From the NCBI GenBank assembly GCA_032718475.1, contig JAUCBJ010006727.1, forward strand, positions 1 through 41,473: a stretch of 41,473 nucleotides of DNA. The letters are read 5' to 3'. Under the pieces are notes generated by a model, which searched no databases, was not told the origin of the DNA, and saw nothing but the letters and a program-made list of their open reading frames with translations. Position 1 is the first letter of the stretch. Each line of letters starts with the position of its first letter. The DNA is from Nemertoderma westbladi. Its lineage: Eukaryota > Animalia > Xenacoelomorpha. Made by a program: the position numbers and the translations under genes. This document shows positions 23,701-36,914 of the stretch, in pieces.

Positions 23701-26700
23701 TAACTCGATACACAACAGTTTACTGATTAACTCGATACACAACAGTTTACTGATTAACTCGATACACAACAGTTTACTGATTAACTCGATACACAACAAT
23801 TTACTGATTAACTCGATACACAAGAGTTTACTGATTAACTCGATACACAACAGTTTAATATGATTAACTCGATACACAACACTTTACTGATTAACTCGAT
23901 ACACAAGAGTTTAATATGATTAACTCGATACACAACAGTTTACTGATTAACTCCATACACAACAGTTTACTGATTAACTCGATACACAACAGTTTACTGA
24001 TTAACTCGATACACAACAGTTTAATGATTAACTCGATACACAACAGTTTACTGATTAACTCGATACACAACAGTTTACTGATTAACTCGATACACAACAG
24101 TTTACTGATTAACTCGATACACAACAGTTTACTGATTAACTCGATACACAACAATTTACTGATTAACTCGATACACAAGAGTTTACTGATTAACTCGATA
24201 CACAACAGTTTAATATGATTAACTCGATACACAACACTTTACTGATTAACTCGATACACAAGAGTTTAATATGATTAACTCGATACACAACAGTTTACTG
24301 ATTAACTCCATACACAACAGTTTACTGATTAACTCGATACACAACAGTTTACTGATTAACTCGATACACAACAGTTTAATGATTAACTCGATACACAACA
24401 GTTTACTGATTAACTCGATACACAACAGTTTACTGATTAACTCGATACACAACAGTTTACTGATTAACTCGATACACAACAGTTTACTGATTAACTCGAT
24501 ACACAACAATTTACTGATTAACTCGATACACAACAGTTTACTGATTAACTCGATACACAACAGTTTACTGATTAACACGATACACAACAGTTTAATGATT
24601 AACTCGATACACAACAGTTTACTGATTAACTCGATACACAACAATTTACTGATTAACTCGATACACAACAATTTACTGATTAACTCGATACACAACAGTT
24701 TAATATGATTAACTCGATACACAACACTTTACTGATTAACTCGATACACAAGAGTTTAATAGGATTAACTCGATACACAACAGTTTAATATGATTAACTC
24801 GATACACAACAGTTTACTGATTAACTCGATACACAACAGTTAACTGATTAACTCGATACACAAGAGTTTACTGATTAACTCGATACACAACAGTTTAATA
24901 TGATTAACTCGATACACAACAGTTTACTGATTAACTCGATACACAACAGTTAACTGATTAACTCGATACACAACAGTTTACTGATTAACTCGATACCCAA
25001 CAGTTTACTGATTAACTCGATAAACAACAGTTTACTGATTAACTCGATACACAACAGTTTACTGATTAACTCGATACACAACAGTTTACTGATTAACTCG
25101 ATACACAAGAGTTTACTATGATTAACTCGATACACAACAGTTTACTGATTAACTCGATACACAACAGTTTAATATGATTAACTCGATACACAACACTTTA
25201 CTGATTAACTCGATACACAACAGTTTACTGATTAACTCGATACAAAAGAGTTTACTATGATTAACTCGATACACAACAGTTTAATGATTAACTCGATACA
25301 CAACAGTTTACTGATTAACTCGATACACAACAGTTAACTGATTAACTCGATACACAACAGTTTACTGATTAACTCGATACACAACAGTTAACTGATTAAC
25401 TCGATACACAAGAGTTTACTATGATTAACTCGATACACAACAGTTTAATGATTAACTCGATACACAACAGTTTACTGATTAACTCGATACACAACAGTTA
25501 ACTGATTAACTCGATACACAAGAGTTTACTATGATTAACTCAATACACAACAGTTTAATGATTAACTCGATACACAACAGTTTACTGATTAACTCGATAC
25601 ACAACAGTTAACTGATTAACTCGATACACAACAGTTTACTGATTAACTCGATACCCAACAGTTTACTGATTAACTCGATACACAACAGTTTACTGATTAA
25701 CTCGATACACAACAGATTACTGATTAACTCGATACACAACAATTTACTGATTAACTCGATACACAAGAGTTTACTGATTAACTCGATACCCAACAGTTTA
25801 CTGATTAACTCGATACACAACAGTTTACTGATTAACTCGATACAAAAGAGTTTACTGATTAACTCGATACACAACAGTTTACTGATTAACTCGATACACA
25901 ACAGTTTACTGATTAACTCGATACACAACAGATTACTGATTAACTCGATACACAACAATTTACTGATTAACTCGATACACAAGAGTTTACTGATTAACTC
26001 GATACACAACAGTTTAATATGATTAACTCGATACTCAACACTTTACTGATTAACTCGATACACAAGAGTTTAATATGATTAACTCGATACACAACAGTTT
26101 ACTGATTAACTCCATACACAACAGTTTACTGATTAACTCGATACACAACAGTTTACTGATTAACTCGATACACAAGAGTTTACTGATTAACTCGATACAC
26201 AACAGTTTAATATGATTAACTCGATACACAACACTTTACTGATTAACTCGATACACAAGAGTTTAGTATGATTAACTCGATACACAACAGTTTAATGATT
26301 AACTCGATACACAACAGTTTACTGATTAACTCGATACACAACAGTTTACTGATTAACTCGATACACAACAGTTTACTGATTAACTCGATACACAACAGTT
26401 TACTGATTAACTCGATACACAACAGTTTACTGATTAACTCGATACACAACACTTTACTGATTAACTCGATACACAACAGTTTACTGATTAACTCGATACA
26501 CAACAATTTACTGATTAACTCGATACACAAGAGTTTACTGATTAACTCGATACACAACAGTTTAATATGATTAACTCGATACACAACACTTTACTGATTA
26601 ACTCGATACACAAGAGTTTAATATGATTAACTCGATACACAACAGTTTACTGATTAACTCCATACACAACAGTTTACTGATTAACTCGATACACAAGAGT

Positions 26701-29700
26701 TTATTGATTAACTCGATACACAACAGATTACTGATTAACTCGATACACAACAATTTACTGATTAACTCGATACACAAGAGTTTACTGATTAACTCGATAC
26801 ACAACAGTTTAATGATTAACTCGATACACAACAGTTTACTGATTAACACGATACACAACAGTTTAATGATTAACTCGATACACAACAGTTTACTGATTAA
26901 CTCGATACACAACAATTTACTGATTAACTCGATACACAACAATTTACTGATTAACTCGATACACAACAGTTTAATATGATTAACTCGATACACAACACTT
27001 TACTGATTAACTCGATACACAAGAGTTTAATAGGATTAACTCGATACACAACAGTTTAATATGATTAACTCGATACACAACAGTTTACTGATTAACTCGA
27101 TACACAACAGTTAACTGATTAACTCGATACACAAGAGTTTACTGATTAACTCGATACACAACAGTTTAATATGATTAACTCGATACACAACAGTTTACTG
27201 ATTAACTCGATACACAACAGTTAACTGATTAACTCGATACACAACAGTTTACTGATTAACTCGATACACAACAGTTTAATATGATTAACTCGATACACAA
27301 CAGTTTACTGATTAACTCGATACACAACAGTTAACTGATTAACTCGATACACAACAGTTTACTGATTAACTCGATACCCAACAGTTTACTGATTAACTCG
27401 ATACACAACAGTTTACTGATTAACTCGATACCCAACAGTTTACTGATTAACTCGATACACAACAGTTAACTGATTAACTCGATACACAACAGTTTACTGA
27501 TTAACTCGATACACAACAGTTTACTGATTAACTCGATACACAAGAGTTTACTGATTAACTCGATACACAACAGTTTACTGATTAACTCGATACACAACAG
27601 TTTACTGATTAACTCGATACACAACAGTTTACTGATTAACTCGATACACAACAGTTTACTGATTAACTCGATACACAACAGTTTAATGATTAACTCGATA
27701 CACAACAGTTTACTGATTAACTCGATACACAACAGTTTACTGATTAACTCGATACACAACAGTTTACTGATTAACTCGATACACAACAGTTTACTGATTA
27801 ACTCGATACACAACAATTTACTGATTAACTCGATACACAACAGTTTACTGATTAACTCGATACACAACAGTTTACTGATTAACACGATACACAACAGTTT
27901 AATGATTAACTCGATACACAACAGTTTACTGATTAACTCGATACACAACAATTTACTGATTAACTCGATACACAACAATTTACTGATTAACTCGATACAC
28001 AACAGTTTAATATGATTAACTCGATACACAACACTTTACTGATTAACTCGATACACAAGAGTTTAATAGGATTAACTCGATACACAACAGTTTAATATGA
28101 TTAACTCGATACACAACAGTTTACTGATTAACTCGATACACAACAGTTAACTGATTAACTCGATACACAAGAGTTTACTGATTAACTCGATACACAACAG
28201 TTTAATATGATTAACTCGATACACAACAGTTTACTGATTAACTCGATACACAACAGTTAACTGATTAACTCGATACACAACAGTTTACTGATTAACTCGA
28301 TACCCAACAGTTTACTGATTAACGTGATACACAACAGTTTACTGATTAACTCGATACACAACAGTTTACTGATTAACTCGATACACAAGAGTTTACTGAT
28401 TAACTCGATACACAACAGTTTACTGATTAACTCGATACACAACAGTTTACTGATTAACTCGATACACAACAGTTTACTGATTAACTCGATACACAACAAT
28501 TTACTGATTAACTCGATACACAAGAGTTTACTGATTAACTCGATACACAACAGTTAACTGATTAACTCGATACACAACAGTTTACTGATTAACTCGATAC
28601 CCAACAGTTTACTGATTAACTCGATAAACAACAGTTTACTGATTAACTCGATACACAACAGTTTACTGATTAACTCGATACACAACAGTTTACTGATTAA
28701 CTCGATACACAAGAGTTTACTATGATTAACTCGATACACAACAGTTTACTGATTAACTCGATACACAACAGTTTAATATGATTAACTCGATACACAACAG
28801 TTTACTGATTAACTCGATACACAACAGTTAACTGATTAACTCGATACACAACAGTTTACTGATTAACTCGATACCCAACAGTTTACTGATTAACTCGATA
28901 AACAACAGTTTACTGATTAACTCGATACACAACAGTTTACTGATTAACTCGATACAAAAGAGTTTACTGATTAACTCGATACACAACAGTTTACTGATTA
29001 ACTCGATACACAACAGTTTACTGATTAACTCGATACACAACAGTTTACTGATTAACTCGATACACAACAATTTACTGATTAACTCGATACACAAGAGTTT
29101 ACTGATTAACTCGATACACAACAGTTTAATATGATTAACTCGATACACAACACTTTACTGATTAACTCGATACACAAGAGTTTAATATGATTAACTCGAT
29201 ACACAACAGTTTACTGATTAACTCCATACACAACAGTTTACTGATTAACTCGATACACAACAGTTTACTGATTAACTCGATACACAACAGTTTAATGATT
29301 AACTCGATACACAACAGTTTACTGATTAACTCGATACACAACAGTTTACTGATTAACTCGATACACAACAGTTTACTGATTAACTCGATACACAACAGTT
29401 TACTGATTAACTCGATACACAACAATTTACTGATTAACTCGATACACAAGAGTTTACTGATTAACTCGATACACAACAGTTTAATATGATTAACTCGATA
29501 CACAACACTTTACTGATTAACTCGATACACAAGAGTTTAATATGATTAACTCGATACACAACAGTTTACTGATTAACTCCATACACAACAGTTTACTGAT
29601 TAACTCGATACACAACAGTTTACTGATTAACTCGATACACAACAGTTTAATGATTAACTCGATACACAACAGTTTACTGATTAACTCGATACACAACAGT

Positions 29701-32700
29701 TTACTGATTAACTCGATACACAACAGTTTACTGATTAACTCGATACACAACAGTTTACTGATTAACTCGATACACAACAATTTACTGATTAACTCGATAC
29801 ACAACAGTTTACTGATTAACTCGATACACAACAGTTTACTGATTAACACGATACACAACAGTTTAATGATTAACTCGATACACAACAGTTTACTGATTAA
29901 CTCGATACACAACAATTTACTGATTAACTCGATACACAACAATTTACTGATTAACTCGATACACAACAGTTTAATATGATTAACTCGATACACAACACTT
30001 TACTGATTAACTCGATACACAAGAGTTTAATAGGATTAACTCGATACACAACAGTTTAATATGATTAACTCGATACACAACAGTTTACTGATTAACTCGA
30101 TACACAACAGTTAACTGATTAACTCGATACACAAGAGTTTACTGATTAACTCGATACACAACAGTTTAATATGATTAACTCGATACACAACAGTTTACTG
30201 ATTAACTCGATACACAACAGTTAACTGATTAACTCGATACACAACAGTTTACTGATTAACTCGATACCCAACAGTTTACTGATTAACTCGATAAACAACA
30301 GTTTACTGATTAACTCGATACACAACAGTTTACTGATTAACTCGATACACAACAGTTTACTGATTAACTCGATACACAAGAGTTTACTATGATTAACTCG
30401 ATACACAACAGTTTACTGATTAACTCGATACACAACAGTTTAATATGATTAACTCGATACACAACACTTTACTGATTAACTCGATACACAACAGTTTACT
30501 GATTAACTCGATACAAAAGAGTTTACTATGATTAACTCGATACACAACAGTTTAATGATTAACTCGATACACAACAGTTTACTGATTAACTCGATACACA
30601 ACAGTTAACTGATTAACTCGATACACAACAGTTTACTGATTAACTCGATACACAACAGTTAACTGATTAACTCGATACACAAGAGTTTACTATGATTAAC
30701 TCGATACACAACAGTTTAATGATTAACTCGATACACAACAGTTTACTGATTAACTCGATACACAACAGTTAACTGATTAACTCGATACACAAGAGTTTAC
30801 TATGATTAACTCAATACACAACAGTTTAATGATTAACTCGATACACAACAGTTTACTGATTAACTCGATACACAACAGTTAACTGATTAACTCGATACAC
30901 AACAGTTTACTGATTAACTCGATACCCAACAGTTTACTGATTAACTCGATACACAACAGTTTACTGATTAACTCGATACACAACAGATTACTGATTAACT
31001 CGATACACAACAATTTACTGATTAACTCGATACACAAGAGTTTACTGATTAACTCGATACCCAACAGTTTACTGATTAACTCGATACACAACAGTTTACT
31101 GATTAACTCGATACAAAAGAGTTTACTGATTAACTCGATACACAACAGTTTACTGATTAACTCGATACACAACAGTTTACTGATTAACTCGATACACAAC
31201 AGATTACTGATTAACTCGATACACAACAATTTACTGATTAACTCGATACACAAGAGTTTACTGATTAACTCGATACACAACAGTTTAATATGATTAACTC
31301 GATACTCAACACTTTACTGATTAACTCGATACACAAGAGTTTAATATGATTAACTCGATACACAACAGTTTACTGATTAACTCCATACACAACAGTTTAC
31401 TGATTAACTCGATACACAACAGTTTACTGATTAACTCGATACACAAGAGTTTACTGATTAACTCGATACACAACAGTTTAATATGATTAACTCGATACAC
31501 AACACTTTACTGATTAACTCGATACACAAGAGTTTAGTATGATTAACTCGATACACAACAGTTTAATGATTAACTCGATACACAACAGTTTACTGATTAA
31601 CTCGATACACAACAGTTTACTGATTAACTCGATACACAACAGTTTACTGATTAACTCGATACACAACAGTTTACTGATTAACTCGATACACAACAGTTTA
31701 CTGATTAACTCGATACACAACAGTTTACTGATTAACTCGATACACAACACTTTACTGATTAACTCGATACACAACAGTTTACTGATTAACTCGATACACA
31801 ACAATTTACTGATTAACTCGATACACAAGAGTTTACTGATTAACTCGATACACAACAGTTTAATATGATTAACTCGATACACAACACTTTACTGATTAAC
31901 TCGATACACAAGAGTTTAATATGATTAACTCGATACACAACAGTTTACTGATTAACTCCATACACAACAGTTTACTGATTAACTCGATACACAAGAGTTT
32001 ATTGATTAACTCGATACACAACAGTTTAATGATTAACTCGATACACAACAGTTTACTGATTAACTCGATACACAACAGTTTAATGATTAACTCGATACAC
32101 AACAATTTACTGATTAACTCGATACACAAGAGTTTACTGATTAACTCGATACACAACAGTTTAATGATTAACTCGATACACAACAGTTTACTGATTAACT
32201 CGATACACAACAGTTTACTGATTAACTCGATACACAACAGTTTAATGATTAACTCGATACACAAGAGTTTACTGATTAACTCGATACACAACAGTTTACT
32301 GATTAACTCGATACACAACAGTTTACTGATTAACTCGATACACAACAGTTTACTGATTAACTCGATACACAACAGTTTACTGATTAACTCGATACACAAC
32401 AATTTACTGATTAACTCGATACACAACAGTTTACTGATTAACTCGATACACAACAGTTAACTGATTAACTCGATACACAACAGTTTAATGATTAACTCGA
32501 TACACAAGAGTTTACTGATTAACTCGATACACAACAGTTTACTGATTAACTCGATACACAACAGTTTACTGATTAACTCGATACACAACAGTTTACTGAT
32601 TAACTCGATACACAACAGTTTACTGATTAACTCGATACACAACAATTTACTGATTAACTCGATACACAACAGTTTACTGATTAACTCGATACACAACAGT

Positions 32701-34349
32701 TAACTGATTAACTCGATACACAACAGTTTACTGATTAACTCGATACACAACAGTTTACTGATTAACTCGATACACAACAATTTACTGATTAACTCGATAC
32801 ACAACAGTTTACTGATTAACTCGATACACAACAGTTTAATGATTAACTCGATACACAAGAGTTTACTGATTAACTCGATACACAACAGTTAACTGATTAA
32901 CTCGATACACAACAGTTTACTGATTAACTCGATACACAACAATTTACTGATTAACTCGATACACAACAGTTTACTGATTAACTCGATACACAACAGTTAA
33001 CTGATTAACTCGATACACAACAGTTTACTGATTAACTCGATACACAACAGTTTACTGATTAACTCGATACACAACAATTTACTGATTAACTCGATACACA
33101 ACAGTTTACTGATTAACTCGATACACAACAGTTTACTGATTAACTCGATACACAACAGTTTACTGATTAACTCGATACACAACAATTTACTGATTAACTC
33201 GATACACAACAGTTTACTGATTAACTCGATACACAACAGTTAACTGATTAACTCGATACACAACAGTTTACTGATTAACTCGATACACAACAGTTTACTG
33301 ATTAACTCGATACACAACAATTTACTGATTAACTCGATACACAACAGTTTACTGATTAACTCGATACACAACAGTTTAATGATTAACTCGATACACAAGA
33401 GTTTACTGATTAACTCGATACACAACAGTTAACTGATTAACTCGATACACAACAGTTTAATGATTAACTCGATACACAAGAGTTTACTGATTAACTCGAT
33501 ACACAACAGTTTACTGATTAACTCGATACACAACAGTTTACTGATTAACTCGATACACAACAGTTTACTGATTAACTCGATACACAACAGTTTACTGATT
33601 AACTCGATACACAACAATTTACTGATTAACTCGATACACAACAGTTTACTGATTAACTCGATACACAACAGTTTACTGATTAACTCGATACACAACAGTT
33701 TACTGATTAACTCGATACACAACAGTTTACTGATTAACTCGATACACAACAATTTACTGATTAACTCGATACACAACAGTTTACTGATTAACTCGATACA
33801 CAACAGTTTAATGATTAACTCGATACACAAGAGTTTACTGATTAACTCGATACACAACAGTTTACTGATTAACTCGATACACAACAGTTTACTGATTAAC
33901 TCGATACACAACAGTTTACTGATTAACTCGATACACAACAGTTTACTGATTAACTCGATACACAACAATTTACTGATTAACTCGATACACAACAGTTTAC
34001 TGATTAACTCGATACACAACAGTTAACTGATTAACTCGATACACAACAGTTTACTGATTAACTCGATACACAACAATTTACTGATTAACTCGATACACAA
34101 CAATTTACTGATTAACTCGATACACAACAGTTTACTGATTAACTCGATACACAACAGTTTACTGATTAACTCGATACACAACAATTTACTGATTAACTCG
34201 ATACACAACAGTTTACTGATTAACACGATACACAACAGTTTAATGATTAACTCGATACACAACAGTTTACTGATTAACTCGATACACAACAGTTTAATGA
34301 TTAACTCGATACACAACAGTTTACTGCTTAACTCGATACACAACAGTTT
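14743..34349. repeat. Satellite array of ~19.6 kb, roughly 720 monomers of consensus TTTACTGATTAACTCGATACACAACAG (27 bp), with 29-bp variants
   Basis: Uninterrupted head-to-tail repeats in one orientation, mostly 0-2 differences from consensus. Recurring variants include ACAAGAG, ACAACAAT, GTTAACTG, GTTTAATG and GTTTAATATG. Confidence 0.99.
22260..32010. repeat. 5271-bp higher-order tandem duplication within the satellite (about 1.85 copies)
   Basis: ORF-track pairs are offset by exactly 5271 (22986/28257, 23283/28554, 23891/29162, 24950/30221, 25608/30879, 26243/31514). Rare variants recur at the same offset: ACGTGATA 23051/28322, ATACTCAAC 26031/31302 and GTTTAGTATG 26261/31532. Confidence 0.9.
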
Positions 34350-34398
34350 TCCGTACAAAGTAAGGAGTTCCGTATCAAGTGAGGAGTTCCGTACAAAG
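34349..34398 (+). repeat. 19-bp tandem repeat TTCCGTACAAAGTAAGGAG, ~2.6 copies, abutting the satellite
   Basis: Units lie at 34349-34367, 34368-34386 and 34387-34398. Confidence 0.85.
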
Positions 34399-36540
34399 AA
34401 AAATAGGCACTTCCTCCTGCACTCTGACCACTACTACTTCCCTCGCTAGGCTCGATGCTGTCACTGTACAATTCATATGGACCTGGACTCGCATTCCTTC
34501 TGTAATAAGGTAGGACCAGGTCCGAGTTGGTACAGACCACGGATTCATTGTCAGAATCATGAACACAAAACATCGACACCAATTTACTCAAGGGCACCAA
34601 ATATATAGTGATCAAATGAGAATGACCCAACTTCATCCTCATCTTCCCCTTCAACTATTAACTTCATCCATTCATCATTGTTTCCAATTAACTGATCTCC
34701 AGGAATTATCTCACTCCTTCTCTTCATAAAATCCGGAGTTTCGATTGGCTTGACTCTGAGCTCGTTAATTCCTAATGAGCACCTCGAACTGCTCCTTCTA
34801 GGCCAACAATCGGCGTCTAACGAAGATACTCAGTGATTCCCCGTGATTCCCCTTTATTGTCGTCAAAATAATGGCGGATAGAGTCGAACTGTTAGTCAGT
34901 TAGTCATCAGCAGAATCCAATGATATCTCAATAAATTGATTTAAACATAGGCCCACTCAATAGTCAATACAATATATATTACAATACAGTTGGACTTTTT
35001 CTTATTCTAGAAGTAGAACATACTGCTAAACGGTCCGGACGGTCAGAGGGCGACGTCAATAAGTACAGACATACAGTACGTCAGCAGTCGTTTATTACAA
35101 TTAACGGAAACAAACTCTCATGATTGGTGGTTAAATTAAATTGAGGAAATTTTGAATCTACTGTAACTATAATTGTTTACGGTACGGTTTCTTAAGTGGT
35201 AGTATTCACTTACATCAGAAAGTGTTTATGTTTATTTTACAATGTAATAAACTTTATTTTACTGCAAACCAGTGCACTTCATTGGCAGTTATTATTGCCC
35301 TTAAACATCAACGGAACAAACACGGAAATATTAATTGTATTTGTACGGCCCTGTGCGGTGAGCCTGCAGTCATTTTAGTAAAGGACCATGTTACTGAAGC
35401 GGGTTGGATGAACCAAAACATTAAACAAAATTAAAATATGTTGCAAGATTATGAGGAATAGTAAAGGGTTAAAACATTAAAAATGCTGATTTGAGATGGC
35501 TTAATGTTAAAGGCTTTATGTTATCCGTTATCAACCTACCGGTACACAAGAAAGACTACAACGCTAGGCCTACCGTCCTACCTAATGCTTACCTGCCTGA
35601 CGAATGGGGATCGTCACACAGATAAAAAGTTTCACTTTTCCTGAATACATAGTGAATCTCTGCGTGTCTGACTGCCTGAATGTGTTTCAACCGAGCCATT
35701 CTTCAGAAAATGTTTCACTGGACCAATTGCCATTTGGCTACATGTACTAATATAAATACTGCCTATATTATGATGTTAATCTCTGCGTGCCTGCATAACA
35801 GCAGAGTCTGCCTTCAGAAAATGTTTCACTTTTACAATAATTGCCCTATTGCAACCAAAGGCTACTGAAGCAGGGACTGCATACTGGTACTGTAAATCTA
35901 AAAGGCAATGTGTCGTGTATATTACCAGGACTCAGTTGATGATAAACATACATACACCTCCTGGTGTAAAAAACTATGGATAATCTGTTTCTGGAATTAT
36001 TTTTCAATTCTCTGTGGGGCGAGCCGCGAAGTTGGCGGAGCATTAGAATACTTGTGGGTTTTTTCAAATAGTTGTGGTCGGTCGTTGACGTTACGATTTT
36101 GACATACTAATTAACGTTGTCGGATTTAGAGTTATCGATGTGAAAATTTGTAGGCATCAATTAATAAGACCAAAAAACTTTTAGACACCATACAGTACAG
36201 TATGTCGTTAGTCTCCCGCTCGAGTCTAAATATTACATGTCCTCTCATTCCTTTGCCTTTAATCAATTCAAACTGAAACAGGTACAGGTATCAAGCAGAA
36301 ATGTACTAGACCATTAGCTGTCTCTTTCAACGTAGGCTAATCCGTCTGCAGTTCTCCAGTCTGACGCTAGAGGGCGAAATGTCTGAAAGTGAAACCCTTT
36401 ACGAATTTCATATTATTGTTTATAATCCTTTCTTCCTGATTGTTACCTGGCACATATATTCTAGACCTCTGACTGAGTTTTTGTGAGGTATTGATGATCC
36501 TAATCGGCTTGCACTAAGGTGCAGTGCCGACAAACCCAGC

Positions 36541-36652
36541 GATATAGCTAATGTATCTCCTTGAAGGATACCCTAGAGAACCTCGCGTGGGTTGGTGTTT
36601 CCATCGGTGGTGGATACGAAGGTCGTGGTACCGTCATAAAACTACATGACTG
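36541..36652 (-). mobile_element. Short, divergent RTE-type RT fragment in inverted orientation
   Basis: The minus strand translates to FYDGTTTFVSTTDGNTNPREVL*GILQGDTLA, which aligns with VYDGSTTFVSTVDGDTEPFEVLWGVLQGDTLA of the neighbouring plus-strand element. Confidence 0.8.
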
Positions 36653-36914
36653 AATCGAAAGCCGTTAAGAAATATACAAAAATGACAGCCAAACAGCCAC
36701 ATGTCTGTCTTTCTTTGTGGACACCTATTCGATAATCCTTCAAAGTGCCAGAATGAGAACAAAGGTACCTTTACCTTTTAAAACCCAGTATGATTCCCAC
36801 ACAAGAGTCTTTCTACAGGATTCGATGCGTTTCATCAGCATTATTCAGTTGAATAGTTTTGCCATATTATATTGAAACCATATCTGCAGTTACCCAGGCT
36901 GCGCGAGGAGGTAA

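Noticed and set aside
14743-34349. CRISPR array
   Set aside because: The monomer length is CRISPR-like, but repeats are directly head-to-tail with no unique spacers, there are no cas genes, and the context is eukaryotic.
14743-34349. Telomeric repeat tract
   Set aside because: The array is internal, with non-array sequence on both sides. It has no G-rich strand motif, and it shows kb-scale block duplications rather than template-added repeats.
14732-34358. Many ORFs of repeated LLCIELISK (minus) and LLINSIHNS (plus) as repeat proteins
   Set aside because: 27 is a multiple of 3 and one frame per strand lacks stops by chance. Two common variants are synonymous in the minus frame, but frequent GTTAAC variants create stops and 29-mers shift the frame, so there is no sign of coding constraint.
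35654-35832. Local ~120-bp degenerate duplication (AATCTCTGCGTG...CTTCAGAAAATGTTTCACT)
   Set aside because: It is real but short and decayed, an ordinary local tandem duplication with nothing to suggest function.
36817-36853. Second hammerhead-like motif on the minus strand (CTGAATAA...GAAACGCATC)
   Set aside because: The core deviates from CUGANGA, there is no stem II, and stem I is out of register.
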